41,911 nt of DNA from Spirochaetales bacterium (GCA_016928955.1 JAFGJV010000029.1:62001-103911); one strand, 5' to 3'. Shown: positions 17,574 to 27,605, counted from the first letter of the stretch. Notes: generated from the letters alone by a model not told the origin. Translations and numbers: made by a program.

Positions 17574-19382
17574 ATGGTAGCCGATGGAGCCCTTGTAGCG
17601 TACAAAAACCGACCCGCCCTCGCCAGCCGAGACGGAGACCGCCTGGCACTGGCCATACAGGGCGGCGACCATATCCGCGTCCGGGACAAGGACGTCAGCG
17701 TGATCCACCCGGGTCCGTTGTCGGCCATACCCTCCGAGCCCGAGGGCGGGGATTTCCAGACTGCCTGGGAGATGCTGTCCGGTTCCCACGCCGGACTCGG
17801 CGAGCTTGCCGAGTTGGTGTTTGGCCGGGACGGGGCCGCCGAGCGCTTGGCATGCTGGCGCCGCGCTTTGGAAGGGCCTGCCTTCCGCCTAGAGGGAGAC
17901 CTCGTGCTGGCCCTGGCCGCGGACGAGCTTGCCCGCGACGAGGACAAGCGCAGGAAAAAAGAGGGCGAGGCCGCCGAGCGGGCCGATTTTGTCGCCCGAG
18001 CGCGGGCCTTGGCCCTGCGGCCCGGCGACGAGCGCTGGCTGGCCGAGCTGGAGGCTCTGGCGCTGGGCCGCGCGCAGAAGTCCAAGATGGCGGCTGAGCT
18101 TGGCCTTGGCGACGAGCCGGGAGCGGCGCACGCGTGGCTCCTCAAGGCCGGCGTGTGGACGCCCTCGGTCAACCCCCACCCTGCCCGCTCCGGGCATCCC
18201 CTCAAGGCCCCCGACCTGGCCCTGGGCCCGGACGACGATACCGGCCGCGTCGACCTTGGCGCCATGCCTGCCTGGGCCATAGACAACGCCTGGAGCCATG
18301 ACCCTGACGACGCCATATCCTGGGACGGGCAGGCCGTATGGGTGCACGTGGCAGACCCCGCCCAGGCCGTTACGCCCGGTTGCCCCGCCGACCTTGAGGC
18401 GGCCAACCGCTCGGGCACGCTCTACCTGCCCGAAGGGGCCATACCCATGCTGCCGGACCAGGCCCTGGAGCGCTTTGGCCTTGGCCTATCCGAGCGCTCG
18501 CGAGCCCTGTCCTTCCGCGTCGAGCTCGGGCCAGACGGCCAGATAGCGTCGGTGGACATACAGCCCAGCTGGGTGCGGGTAACGCGGCTGTCGTATGCCC
18601 AGGCCGACGGCCAACTGGACTCCGGCCCCCTGGCCGAACTGGCCGCCCGCGCCCAGGCGCGGACGGCGCTGCGGGCGCAGGCAGGGGCCGTGGACATAGA
18701 GCTACCCGAGGTCCGGGTATGGCTGGACCAGGGCCAGCCGCGGGTGGAACCGGTGAACCGCCACCGATCGGCCTCAGTGGTGCGCGAGATGATGGTCCTG
18801 GCCGGCGAGGCGGCGGCCCGTTGGGCCTTTGACCGCGGCCTACCCTTCCCCTACTACAGCCAGGAAGCTCCCGGCTCGCGGGACGGCCTCCCGGATGGCC
18901 TGGCCGGGGAATACGCCAAGCGGCGGCTTATGAGGGCTGGCATGGCCGGGCCCCAGCCGCGCGCCCACCAGGGCCTGGGCGTAGGCATGTACGCCCAGGT
19001 GACCAGCCCCTTAAGGCGCTACGCAGACCTCCTGTGCCACCAGCAGATCCGCTCCATCCTGGCGTCCGGCTCGGGCGCTACGCCCCTGCCGGCGGACGAG
19101 CTGTCCCTGCGCCTGGCCCGCTCGGCCGCGGAAGCGTCCGCCGTGCGCCGCGCCGAGCGCGACAGCGAGCTCCACTGGACCCTGGCCTGGCTCATGGCCC
19201 AGAACGCTTGGGAGGGCCGGGGCGTGGTCGTCCAGACCGGCGCGGACGCCCTGGTGGCCCTGCCCGAGCTGGGCATGGACACCCGCGTCAAGGGCGGGGC
19301 GCTGGCGCTCAACCAGGAGCTCAGGCTGCGCTTTCTTGGCGCCAACCTGGCCAAGCTGGACGCTCGCTTCGGGACAGCCTAG
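17574..19382 (+). CDS. RNB-domain exoribonuclease (RNase II/R family)
   Basis: AIDNAWSHDPDDAIS catalytic Asp motif, VWVHVAD, VREMMVLAG, HQGLG...YAQVTSPLRRYADL. Start set at ATG 17574. Confidence 0.92.
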   Translation: MVADGALVAYKNRPALASRDGDRLALAIQGGDHIRVRDKDVSVIHPGPLSAIPSEPEGGDFQTAWEMLSGSHAGLGELAELVFGRDGAAERLACWRRALEGPAFRLEGDLVLALAADELARDEDKRRKKEGEAAERADFVARARALALRPGDERWLAELEALALGRAQKSKMAAELGLGDEPGAAHAWLLKAGVWTPSVNPHPARSGHPLKAPDLALGPDDDTGRVDLGAMPAWAIDNAWSHDPDDAISWDGQAVWVHVADPAQAVTPGCPADLEAANRSGTLYLPEGAIPMLPDQALERFGLGLSERSRALSFRVELGPDGQIASVDIQPSWVRVTRLSYAQADGQLDSGPLAELAARAQARTALRAQAGAVDIELPEVRVWLDQGQPRVEPVNRHRSASVVREMMVLAGEAAARWAFDRGLPFPYYSQEAPGSRDGLPDGLAGEYAKRRLMRAGMAGPQPRAHQGLGVGMYAQVTSPLRRYADLLCHQQIRSILASGSGATPLPADELSLRLARSAAEASAVRRAERDSELHWTLAWLMAQNAWEGRGVVVQTGADALVALPELGMDTRVKGGALALNQELRLRFLGANLAKLDARFGTA

Positions 19383-19435
19383 CCGGCGCGCACGGTTGAC
19401 CGCTTCTATAAGGTACTCTATGCTAGCGCAAGACC

Positions 19436-21835
19436 ATGGAACACAAAGACTACCGCCTTGCGGCCATCATGTACACGGATATCGTCGGCTTTTCCCGCAT
19501 GATGGAGCGGGACGAGGCGGGCACCCTCCAGCTGCTCCGCTACCACAACAAGCTGATTGAGGGCATAGCGGCCAAGCGCCACGGCACGGTCATCAAGACC
19601 ATAGGCGACGCCTTCCTGATAGACTTCCGCAATACCGTGGAAGCCCTCCAGTGCGCCATGGAGGTGCAGGCGGAGCTGTACAAGCGCAACTCGGAGCCAG
19701 GAGCGTCGCCCCTCCTCCTGCGCATCGGCGTGCACCTTGGGGACATATATTTCTTTGAGGACGACGCTCTTGGCGACGGTATCAACATAGCCGCCCGCCT
19801 GCAGACCCTGTCCAGGCCCGGCTGTATATGTTTTTCCCAGGACGTGTACAACCAGGTGCTCAACAAGATCGACTTCCACGCCGAGAAGCTCGGCAAGGTG
19901 TCGCTCAAGAACATCACCAAGGAAATTCACGCGTACGAAATAGCCAGTCCCAACGTACAGTTTGACCCCAAGCGCAACGACCCGCGGCCCGGGTTCGTGG
20001 TGGACAAGCAGGGCGACAAGCCCACATCCGGGGGCCAGAACGGCCCCGGACAGCCCATAGACCAGACGGCCGTCATGGCCGAGATCAAGAAAGCCGTCCT
20101 TGAGGACACGCGCAGGCTGGGCCGCCGTCCCACCGTGGACGAGACCATGGCGCTCCACGGCCAGCGCGGCATAGAGGCGCGGGAAGCCATAGCCGCCCTG
20201 GCCGAGCGGGGCCTGATCGTCAAGGGACCGGCGACCCAGGCGGCGCCGGCCAACGACGTGGCCTCGGAGATTGGCAAGGCCGTTGAGGGCATAGCCCGCG
20301 CCATCCAGACCCAGGTGAGCAACTGGCAGGAGGCTGGCCGGGTGACCCGCCAGGGCAAGGACGGTTCTCCCCGGCCCCAGGCGCCTTTCGGCCCCGACAG
20401 AGCCCAGCTCAGGGCTGATATCCGTGACACGCGGCGCAGCGCCGTGGACGAGAAACGGGCCCTGCGCGAAGAGCTCAAACGCCATGTCCGGGAAGTTGGC
20501 ACCGGCAAGTGGGACGAGGAACTGAAGGACTCCGACCACTTCAAGCCGGGTCCCGAGGAACTGGAGACGGACTTTTCACGTTACCGGGACAAGGTGGAAG
20601 CCCGCTCGCGCGGCACCCTGGGCGGCTTCATAGGCAACCTGGTGTCCTTTCTGGGCGTCAACGCCCTGATATGGTATTTCTACCTCAACCACATGGGCGG
20701 GGCCGCTCCCAACCTGGCTGCCGGCCTGCCAGGCGCCGTGACCGGCATGTGGCCCCTGGTGGTCACCCTGGGCTGGTTCACCGGCATTGTGGCCAACCTG
20801 TTCTCCCTGTTCAGGAGCAGATCCAAGATCCGCGAGCTGGATCGGATGCCGGACATGGAGCCGGAAGCCCTGGACGTGTACAAAAAACTCAACCGGGTCC
20901 GGGACAGCCTGGCGTCGCACGCGGCGTCCATCCTGTCCGTGCCCCTGCTCCTCTTTGGCATCAACCTGGCCTTTACGCCGGGCTTCTGGTGGGCGGCCAT
21001 CGTGTCCGGCATCATGGGGCTGAGCTTCATCGGCCACCTGGCGTCCTACCCGGTGACCAAGCGCGGCCTGGTCAAGAAATTCTTCAGCCTGATGGGCGTG
21101 TCGTCCTGGAAGGAGCTCTTTTCCTTCTCGTCGCGCCGCCGCAGGGAAGCTCCCATGCAGGGTCCGTACGCGTCGTTCTACCGGGAAGCGTCGGCAACCC
21201 GTGACGAGATACTCAGAGGCCTCAAGGCGGACAAGGACCAGGCCAAGGAGTTCGGCCCGGACCTTGCGCCCGAGCTGGACCGCTACGTGGACCAGGTCAA
21301 GATGCTCACCCAGTCCCTGAACGAGGTCGACGCCATCGTCGCGTCCATACCCCTTTCGGACCTGGCCAAGGACAAGGCCGGCCTGGAAGCCAAGCTGTCA
21401 GCCTGCGCCAGCCCCACCCTCTGCACGGAATACAAGCGCTCCATAGACGAGATAGGCCGGCAGGAAAAGGCATGCCGGGACCTGGAAGACCAGCGCGAGG
21501 TCCTGAAGCTCAGGCTGTCGTCGTCGGTCAACTCGCTCAAGCAGCTGAAGATAGACATGGCCCGCATGAAGGCCCTGCCGACCAGCGCCGAGCACCAGGT
21601 GATAGAGGACATACGCAAGCGCGCTTCGGAGATGGCCGGCTACCTGGACGACCTCAAGGCCGGCTACGACGAGAGCTTCCACGATCCCTACGCGGAGCTG
21701 GAAAAGCTGGTGGCCGACAACGAGGCCAAAAAACGCCTGGAAGGCGGGACCGCCGCGACGCCAGAGCCGCCCGCGCCTCCACCGCCAGAGCCGGACGCCG
21801 GAATTCCGGAGGGCGGAAGCGGAGACGGCCGTTGA
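19436..21835 (+). CDS. Class III adenylate/guanylate cyclase with two 2TM-like modules and C-terminal coiled coil
   Basis: AIMYTDIVGFS, VIKTIGDA, LRIGVHLGDI, LGDGINIAARLQ; then four hydrophobic helices and a heptad-rich C-terminus. Confidence 0.9.
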   Translation: MEHKDYRLAAIMYTDIVGFSRMMERDEAGTLQLLRYHNKLIEGIAAKRHGTVIKTIGDAFLIDFRNTVEALQCAMEVQAELYKRNSEPGASPLLLRIGVHLGDIYFFEDDALGDGINIAARLQTLSRPGCICFSQDVYNQVLNKIDFHAEKLGKVSLKNITKEIHAYEIASPNVQFDPKRNDPRPGFVVDKQGDKPTSGGQNGPGQPIDQTAVMAEIKKAVLEDTRRLGRRPTVDETMALHGQRGIEAREAIAALAERGLIVKGPATQAAPANDVASEIGKAVEGIARAIQTQVSNWQEAGRVTRQGKDGSPRPQAPFGPDRAQLRADIRDTRRSAVDEKRALREELKRHVREVGTGKWDEELKDSDHFKPGPEELETDFSRYRDKVEARSRGTLGGFIGNLVSFLGVNALIWYFYLNHMGGAAPNLAAGLPGAVTGMWPLVVTLGWFTGIVANLFSLFRSRSKIRELDRMPDMEPEALDVYKKLNRVRDSLASHAASILSVPLLLFGINLAFTPGFWWAAIVSGIMGLSFIGHLASYPVTKRGLVKKFFSLMGVSSWKELFSFSSRRRREAPMQGPYASFYREASATRDEILRGLKADKDQAKEFGPDLAPELDRYVDQVKMLTQSLNEVDAIVASIPLSDLAKDKAGLEAKLSACASPTLCTEYKRSIDEIGRQEKACRDLEDQREVLKLRLSSSVNSLKQLKIDMARMKALPTSAEHQVIEDIRKRASEMAGYLDDLKAGYDESFHDPYAELEKLVADNEAKKRLEGGTAATPEPPAPPPPEPDAGIPEGGSGDGR

Positions 21836-21861
21836 CAGGGCCGGCGGCTTCGTTCTAGACT
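21832..21861 (+). promoter_or_regulatory. sigma70-like promoter for tRNA-Arg
   Basis: TTGACA (overlapping the cyclase stop codon), 18 bp spacer, TAGACT, then a GC-rich discriminator-like stretch. Confidence 0.6.
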
Positions 21862-21900
21862 CCAGCGGTCGCCGGAGCTCCCGGCGTCGCCAAAAAACCG

Positions 21901-21974
<74 letters not shown>

Positions 21975-21982
21975 GCAAGCAC

Positions 21983-22011
21983 GCGGCCGCCCTCACCGGG
22001 GCGGCCGTTTT
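21983..22011 (+). terminator. Intrinsic terminator between tRNA-Arg and the convergent MATE gene
   Basis: gcggccgccc/gggcggccgt stem followed by tttt. Confidence 0.75.
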
Positions 22012-23387
22012 CATACCTCGTCGGGATCCAGGGCCTTCTTCCAGCGACCCGCCTTGAAATACAGCATGCCAGCCACGGCCGTGAGGAAATTGGACACGAA
22101 CATGGCCAGCCATATACTCATGGGCCCCAGGTCCGTGAGCCAGGCCAGGCCGTACGCAAGCGGCACGCGTATCACCCACAGGCGCACAACGGACAGCACC
22201 ATGATCACCTTGGTGTCTCCCGCGCCCTGGAAGGTCCCGGTCAGGGCCATGTACAGGCCAAAAAGGAGGAGCGACGGGTTCACCACCTTGAACATGATGT
22301 CGCCCAGGCGTATGGCCTCCGGATCGTTGACAAAAAGTCGCACCAGGTCCCCGCCGAAGAAGAAGGCCAGCACCAGAAGGGGAAGCTCGAAGAGGACGAT
22401 CAGGCTCAGCGCCGACTTGACCGTGCGGCTGACGGCCGCGTGGTCGCGCGAGCCCATGGCCTTGCCCACCAGGCTGGTGGTGGCCTGGGCCAGGCCGTGG
22501 GTCGGTATGTCGAAGAGGTGCATGATGCGGTTGCCCACGCCAAAGGCCGCAACCGTGGCCGTGCCAAAGCTGTTGACCACGCCCTGGATGACCGTAAAGC
22601 CAAAGGCGGATACGCCCTGTCCCAGGCTGGACGGAAGCCCTATCCGCAGAAGGAGGCCCCAGGCGGCGGGTTCTGGCTTCATGGCGCTGCGCCTGAGCTT
22701 GAGGCCGTCGCGGCCGCGTATGAGCACGGCCAGGGACAGCGCGGCGCCCACGGCCTGGGACAGCACGGTGGCCAGGGCTGCTCCCGCCACCCCGAAAGCA
22801 GGCACGGGGCCAAGCCCAAAAATCAGGATGGGATCCAGGAGCACGTTGACGGCCACCGCCATCAGGTGGACCCTGAGCGGGGTCATGGTCTTGCCTATGG
22901 CCGTGAACGACGACTGGAGCACGAAATACGCGAACATGAAGGGGACGCCCGTAAACACGATACGCATGTACGTCAGGGCGTGTCCGTATATGTCCTCAGG
23001 CGTGGCCAGGAGCCGCAGGATGGGCCCGGCCAGGAGCACGCCTATGGCGACCAGGGCCAAGGACGCAACCGCCAGGAGGGAAGCCAGCTGGTTCATGTAA
23101 TGGTTCATGCGCGCGGGGTCGCCCTTGCCCCTGGACTGGGCTATCAGCGTGGTGCCCGCCCCGGACAGCCCCGAACCGAAGACAATAAGGAAGAAAACGA
23201 TATTAAACGATATAGACGGCGCGCCCACCTCAGCGGTGCCCAGTTTGCCCAGAAAGAACGCGTCCGTCAGGTTGTACAGGGTTTCGATTATGGACCCGCC
23301 CATCATGGGCAGGGCTATGCGCATCAGGGTACGGGCCTCGGGCAGGCGTCCCGCGCGCGGTGCTAAGGTACCGGCGTGTGTATCCAT
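22011..23387 (-). CDS. MATE family efflux transporter
   Basis: IALPMMGGSIIETLYNLTDAFFLGKLG, NVLLDPILIFG, GVAGAALATVLSQ, FQGAGDT; about 12 TMs. Confidence 0.93.
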   Translation of the reverse strand: MDTHAGTLAPRAGRLPEARTLMRIALPMMGGSIIETLYNLTDAFFLGKLGTAEVGAPSISFNIVFFLIVFGSGLSGAGTTLIAQSRGKGDPARMNHYMNQLASLLAVASLALVAIGVLLAGPILRLLATPEDIYGHALTYMRIVFTGVPFMFAYFVLQSSFTAIGKTMTPLRVHLMAVAVNVLLDPILIFGLGPVPAFGVAGAALATVLSQAVGAALSLAVLIRGRDGLKLRRSAMKPEPAAWGLLLRIGLPSSLGQGVSAFGFTVIQGVVNSFGTATVAAFGVGNRIMHLFDIPTHGLAQATTSLVGKAMGSRDHAAVSRTVKSALSLIVLFELPLLVLAFFFGGDLVRLFVNDPEAIRLGDIMFKVVNPSLLLFGLYMALTGTFQGAGDTKVIMVLSVVRLWVIRVPLAYGLAWLTDLGPMSIWLAMFVSNFLTAVAGMLYFKAGRWKKALDPDEV

Positions 23388-23393
23388 TGAGCC

Positions 23394-23461
23394 ATTGTAC
23401 CGGCGGGCAGGGCGCCGCACAAGCGGCTCGGCTTGACCTGGGCACGGACGCGGGGTATGCT
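23394..23461. promoter_or_regulatory. Back-to-back promoters of the MATE and DAACS genes (both apparently leaderless)
   Basis: Minus: TTGTGC-17-TACAAT, 6 bp before ATG 23387. Plus: TTGACC-17-TATGCT, 6 bp before ATG 23468. Confidence 0.7.
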
Positions 23462-23467
23462 CCGCCC

Positions 23468-24688
23468 ATGAAAATCTGGCTGAAGTACCTTATAGCCCTT
23501 GCGTTAGGCTCGGTCCTTGCCCTGGTGGCACCCGTAGGCGGCTCCTTTGTGCAGGCCCTGGTGGACGTGGCACGGAACCTGGCCACCTACATCATCATGC
23601 CCCTGTTTTTCTTTTCCATACCCATGGCCGCCCACGAGCTCCACGAGGACAAAAAACTCCTGCGGGTCACGGCCAGGACCGCGGGTTACGCCCTGGCGGC
23701 CGTGGTCGGCCTGTCCCTGCTCGGCGTGCTCGGCGCCTTTGCCCTGGGCCCAAAACCTATACCCTTAAGCGGCGACACCACCCCTCTTGCCGCCACCCTG
23801 CCGGGCTTTGGCGCCCTGCTGACCGACCTGTTCCCCGCCGACGCCCTGAGCATCCTGGCGGGCGGCTTTAAGCTGATGCCCCTGGCCATTTTTGGCCTGG
23901 TTCTGGGACTGGCCTTCTCCTATGACCGCTCGGTGACCAAGCCCGTGGTCGGCTTCTTTGACGCCGCGTCCAGGCTCCTGTGGCAGATCAACAGTTTCAT
24001 GGTGGAAATCTACCCCCTGTTCCTGATCGTGCTGTCCATGGCCAGCCTGTCGTCGGTAATAGCGTCGCCCCGGATGGGCAGTTACCTGAACCTGATCCTG
24101 GTGGTGTCGGTAGAAGCGGTGGTCGCCATTTTTGGCATTCTGCCCCTGGTCATGTTCCTCTTGGACCGCTCGTCCAAGCCCTACCGCGCTCTCTACGGCC
24201 TTCTCGGGCCGGCGTTGCTCGGCTTGGCCGGAGGGGGCGGAGCCCTGCCCGTTGGCGCCCTGACCCGCCACGTCAAGGAGAACCTCGGCGTCAGGCGGCG
24301 AGCCGGGGCCGTGTCCCTGCCCCTGGCCCTGTTCTTTGGCCGGGCGGGCAGCGCCATGGTAACGGCCACGGCCTTCTATGTGGTGCTCAGCTCGTACTCG
24401 TACCTGGGTTTTGACGCGGGTACCGTCTTCTGGATGCTGCTCATGGTGCCCGTGTCGGCCATACTCCTTGGCGCCGTGCCGGCGTCCGGGCCCGTGGCCG
24501 CCCTGCTCTTTCTGTCCGCGGCGTACGGCGGAGGCTTTGAGTCCGGGTACCTGATCATGGTGCCGGCGGCCGTGCCGCTGATGGCCGTGGGGAGCGTGGT
24601 CGACGCGATAGTGGCCGGGTTCATCACCCGCCTGGCGGCGGCCAAGGAAGGATACGCGGCAGACAAGCCGGCGCGGCATTTCATCTGA
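23468..24688 (+). CDS. Dicarboxylate/amino acid:cation symporter (DAACS/SDF) family protein, divergent
   Basis: Multi-TM; MKIWLKYLIALALG, DLFPADAL, ENLGVRRRAGAVSLPLALFFGRAGSA resemble the DAACS pattern, but the canonical serine-rich and NMDG motifs are degenerate. Confidence 0.7.
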   Translation: MKIWLKYLIALALGSVLALVAPVGGSFVQALVDVARNLATYIIMPLFFFSIPMAAHELHEDKKLLRVTARTAGYALAAVVGLSLLGVLGAFALGPKPIPLSGDTTPLAATLPGFGALLTDLFPADALSILAGGFKLMPLAIFGLVLGLAFSYDRSVTKPVVGFFDAASRLLWQINSFMVEIYPLFLIVLSMASLSSVIASPRMGSYLNLILVVSVEAVVAIFGILPLVMFLLDRSSKPYRALYGLLGPALLGLAGGGGALPVGALTRHVKENLGVRRRAGAVSLPLALFFGRAGSAMVTATAFYVVLSSYSYLGFDAGTVFWMLLMVPVSAILLGAVPASGPVAALLFLSAAYGGGFESGYLIMVPAAVPLMAVGSVVDAIVAGFITRLAAAKEGYAADKPARHFI

Positions 24689-24742
24689 GCGGCTGCCACG
24701 CTTTGATTGACTTTTGCGCCGGGCGGCCCTAGAATCGCCCCC

Positions 24743-25189
24743 ATGAACCTGCAATTCGCGCTGTCTGAAAAAACGGCGGCCGTCGGCATGGCTGCGGCCG
24801 ACAAGGATGCCGTCATAGACGGGCTCATCGATATACTGGACAGGGCGGGCCTTCTGAAGGACCGCGCCGCGGCCCGGGCCGCCGTGCTCGAGCGGGAAGC
24901 CAAGATGTCCACGGGCATCAAGAACGGCATAGCCATACCGCACGGCAAAACGGCGGCCGTGGACTCCCTGGTCGCCTGCGTGGCCGTGACCAGGGACCCC
25001 GTGGATTTTAACGCCCTTGACGGCCAACCCAGCCGCATCTTCATCATGACCCTGTCTCCGCCGGATAAGGTCGGGCCCCACCTGCAGTTCCTTGCCGAGG
25101 TCAGCCAGCTGTTCAAGGACCCCACCAAGCGCACGGCCATACTGAAGGCCCAGACGGCCGCTGAGCTTGCCTCCCTGGTCCAGGGCTGA
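24743..25189 (+). CDS. PTS EIIA (PtsN/fructose-type) protein, stand-alone
   Basis: EREAKMSTGIKNGIAIPHGK, VDFNALDGQP, HLQFLAEVS. Promoter TTGACT-17-TAGAAT ends 7 bp before the ATG. Confidence 0.92.
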   Translation: MNLQFALSEKTAAVGMAAADKDAVIDGLIDILDRAGLLKDRAAARAAVLEREAKMSTGIKNGIAIPHGKTAAVDSLVACVAVTRDPVDFNALDGQPSRIFIMTLSPPDKVGPHLQFLAEVSQLFKDPTKRTAILKAQTAAELASLVQG

Positions 25190-25203
25190 CGCCAGACGCG
25201 CGC

Positions 25204-25248
25204 AAAAAAAACGGCCGCCTGCGTCCCAAGGACACGAGCGGCCGTTTT
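25204..25248. terminator. Bidirectional intrinsic terminator between EIIA and groES
   Basis: aaaacggccgc...gcggccgtttt with A8 on the left and T4 on the right. Confidence 0.8.
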
Positions 25249-25268
25249 ACCTACCAGGAGATCCGGGC

Positions 25269-25535
25269 TTACTCGATCACCGCCAGGATGTCGGACATCT
25301 TGACGATCAGGTGCTCGGCCCCGTCGATCTTAACCTGGGTACCGGCGTACTTGTCGTACATCACCTTGTCGTTCTTCTTGACCTTGATCACGTCTGTGTC
25401 GGTGCCGATGGCAACGACGACGCCGGTCTGGGTCTTTTCCTGGGCGGTCTGCGGGATGATGATGCCGCCGGCGCTCTTGGTGTCGCTTTCCTGTACTTTG
25501 ATAAGGACGCGGTCTCCCAACGGACTGAGCTTCAT
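25269..25535 (-). CDS. groES: Co-chaperonin GroES
   Basis: MKLSPLGDRVLIK, KSAGGIIIPQTAQEK, YDKYAGTQVKIDG, DILAVIE; AGGAGG RBS. Confidence 0.98.
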   Translation of the reverse strand: MKLSPLGDRVLIKVQESDTKSAGGIIIPQTAQEKTQTGVVVAIGTDTDVIKVKKNDKVMYDKYAGTQVKIDGAEHLIVKMSDILAVIE

Positions 25536-25583
25536 GCGTATTCCTCCTAAGGCGTGTGTGAGAGGTTGCGGGTTGCGGGTTGG

Positions 25584-25613
25584 AATGTACTAAAGGCAGG
25601 CCCACAGGGTCAA
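25584..25613 (-). promoter_or_regulatory. sigma70-like promoter of groES
   Basis: Minus strand TTGACC, 18 bp spacer, TACATT. Confidence 0.55.
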
Positions 25614-25700
25614 GGACGAACGCGCACTGGCCGAGCGGCCCCGGTTTTCGTACATTTACCGGGAACGCGGCCGATCGCGGCCAAGCACCCGGAGGATACG

Positions 25701-27605
25701 ATGGCGAGAAAGAGCGATGACTGGAAGACGGGAAAACTGCCCAAAGCCCCGGGAGACGGCCCCGTGCCGCCGCCGAACGGCTGGAGGTTCTCCCTTGGCT
25801 ACGCCCTTGCGGCCATCGTCCTCATCAGCGTGTTCAACTGGCTGATCGTGTCCGCGGACAGTTCCGTGGTTCCCTACAGCCGCTTCAAGGAACTCATACG
25901 CACGGACGTGATCGTGCGCATAGAGCTGGGCGCCAATTACTATACCGGCCACACCACACCCAAGCCGGCGCCAAGTCAGTCCCTGATCACCAGGCGGGAA
26001 GAATCCGCGGATCTGGTGTACAAGACGGTTCCCGTGTACGACCCGGCCTTTACCGCCCTTCTGGACGAAAAAGGCGTGGACTACGAGGCCCTTCCCCAGG
26101 AAGGCAACGCCGTACTCAGCTTTGTCATGAGCTGGCTCCTGCCCATAGGCCTTCTGTTCTTCCTCATGCGCGGTCTCCAGAAGCGCATGAGCGGGCTCGG
26201 GTCCAACGTCCTGTCCATAGGCCAGAACAAGGCGACCATCGTGGCCGAGGGCGACGTCAAGACGCGTTTTGCCGACGTGGCAGGCGTTGACGAGGCCAAG
26301 GAGGAGCTGGTCGAGGTGGTCGATTTTCTCAAGAACCCGACCAAGTACACGGAAATAGGCGGCAAGATACCCAAGGGCGTCCTTATTGTGGGAGCTCCGG
26401 GCACGGGCAAGACCCTGCTGGCCAGGGCCGTCGCGGGAGAGGCGGGGGTGCCCTTCTTCCGCATGAGCGGCGCCGATTTTGTGGAAATGTTCGTGGGCGT
26501 GGGGGCGGCCCGGGTGCGCGACCTCTTTAAGCAGGCCCGGGAGAAGGCGCCGTGCATCATATTCATAGACGAGCTGGACGCCATAGGCAAAAGCCGGCTT
26601 TCAGGCGTGGTCGGCGGCAACGACGAGAGGGAGCAGACCCTCAACCAGCTGCTGGTGGAGATGGACGGCTTTGACGCAACCAGCGGCCTCATCATCCTGG
26701 CCGCCACCAACCGTCCGGACGTGCTGGATCCCGCCCTGATGCGGCCGGGCCGCTTTGACCGGCAGGTGGCAGTGGACAGACCGGACCTGGAGGGTCGCAA
26801 GGCCATCCTGTCCATACACTCAAAAAGCGTCAAGCTGGACGCCGGCGTGGACATCACCAAGGTGGCCCGCTCCACGCCCGGTTTTGTGGGCGCCGACCTG
26901 GCCAATGTGGTCAACGAGTCAGCCCTCCTGGCGGTGCGCGCCGGCCGCAAGCGCGTCCACCAGGAGGATTTTGAGCGCGCCATAGAGAAAATCATGACCG
27001 GCTTGGAGAAAAAAAGCCGGGTAATGAACCAGGACGAGCGGAAGCTTATAGCGTTCCACGAGGCGGGGCACGCCCTGACCGCCGCCTTTACGCCGGGCGC
27101 CGATCCCGTGCAGAAGGTCACCATAGTGCCGCGCGGACTCGGCGCCCTGGGCTTTACCCTCCAGGTGCCCGTGGAGGACCGCTACGTGGTGACGGAGGAC
27201 AAGCTCCTGGGCGAGATAGACGTACTCCTGGGCGGCAGGGCGGCAGAAGACCTGGTGTTCGGGCGCGTGTCCACGGGAGCGGCCAACGACATCACGCGCG
27301 CCACGGACATAGCCAGGCGCATGATCACCGACTATGGCATGTCCGAGCGCTTCAAGAACGTGGCCTTGACCCGGCGCGGCGCGGGTTTCTTGGGCCCCCA
27401 GGCCGAACCCGTTATGACCCGCGAATACAGCGAGGACACCCAGCGTTATATAGACGAGACCGTTGCCTCGGTCATAGCAGAACGCTACGAGCGCTCCAAG
27501 GCGGTGCTGACGGGACGGCGTGAGACCCTGGACCGCCTGGCAGCCGAGCTCCTGGAAAAGGAGACCATAGACGAGGCGCGGTTCAAGGAGCTGGCGGGAC
27601 TATAA
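25701..27605 (+). CDS. ftsH: ATP-dependent zinc metalloprotease FtsH
   Basis: Two TMs, [51 protein letters not shown] before ATG 25701. Confidence 0.97.
   Translation: MARKSDDWKTGKLPKAPGDGPVPPPNGWRFSLGYALAAIVLISVFNWLIVSADSSVVPYSRFKELIRTDVIVRIELGANYYTGHTTPKPAPSQSLITRREESADLVYKTVPVYDPAFTALLDEKGVDYEALPQEGNAVLSFVMSWLLPIGLLFFLMRGLQKRMSGLGSNVLSIGQNKATIVAEGDVKTRFADVAGVDEAKEELVEVVDFLKNPTKYTEIGGKIPKGVLIVGAPGTGKTLLARAVAGEAGVPFFRMSGADFVEMFVGVGAARVRDLFKQAREKAPCIIFIDELDAIGKSRLSGVVGGNDEREQTLNQLLVEMDGFDATSGLIILAATNRPDVLDPALMRPGRFDRQVAVDRPDLEGRKAILSIHSKSVKLDAGVDITKVARSTPGFVGADLANVVNESALLAVRAGRKRVHQEDFERAIEKIMTGLEKKSRVMNQDERKLIAFHEAGHALTAAFTPGADPVQKVTIVPRGLGALGFTLQVPVEDRYVVTEDKLLGEIDVLLGGRAAEDLVFGRVSTGAANDITRATDIARRMITDYGMSERFKNVALTRRGAGFLGPQAEPVMTREYSEDTQRYIDETVASVIAERYERSKAVLTGRRETLDRLAAELLEKETIDEARFKELAGL

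Noticed and set aside
19436..21835. Pycsar/CBASS-type anti-phage system
   Set aside because: No cyclic-nucleotide-binding effector gene is adjacent, the neighbours are housekeeping genes, and the cyclase motifs look like an ordinary purine cyclase.
25536..25700. CIRCE element upstream of groES
   Set aside because: No TTAGCACTC-N9-GAGTGCTAA or close variant is visible on either strand.
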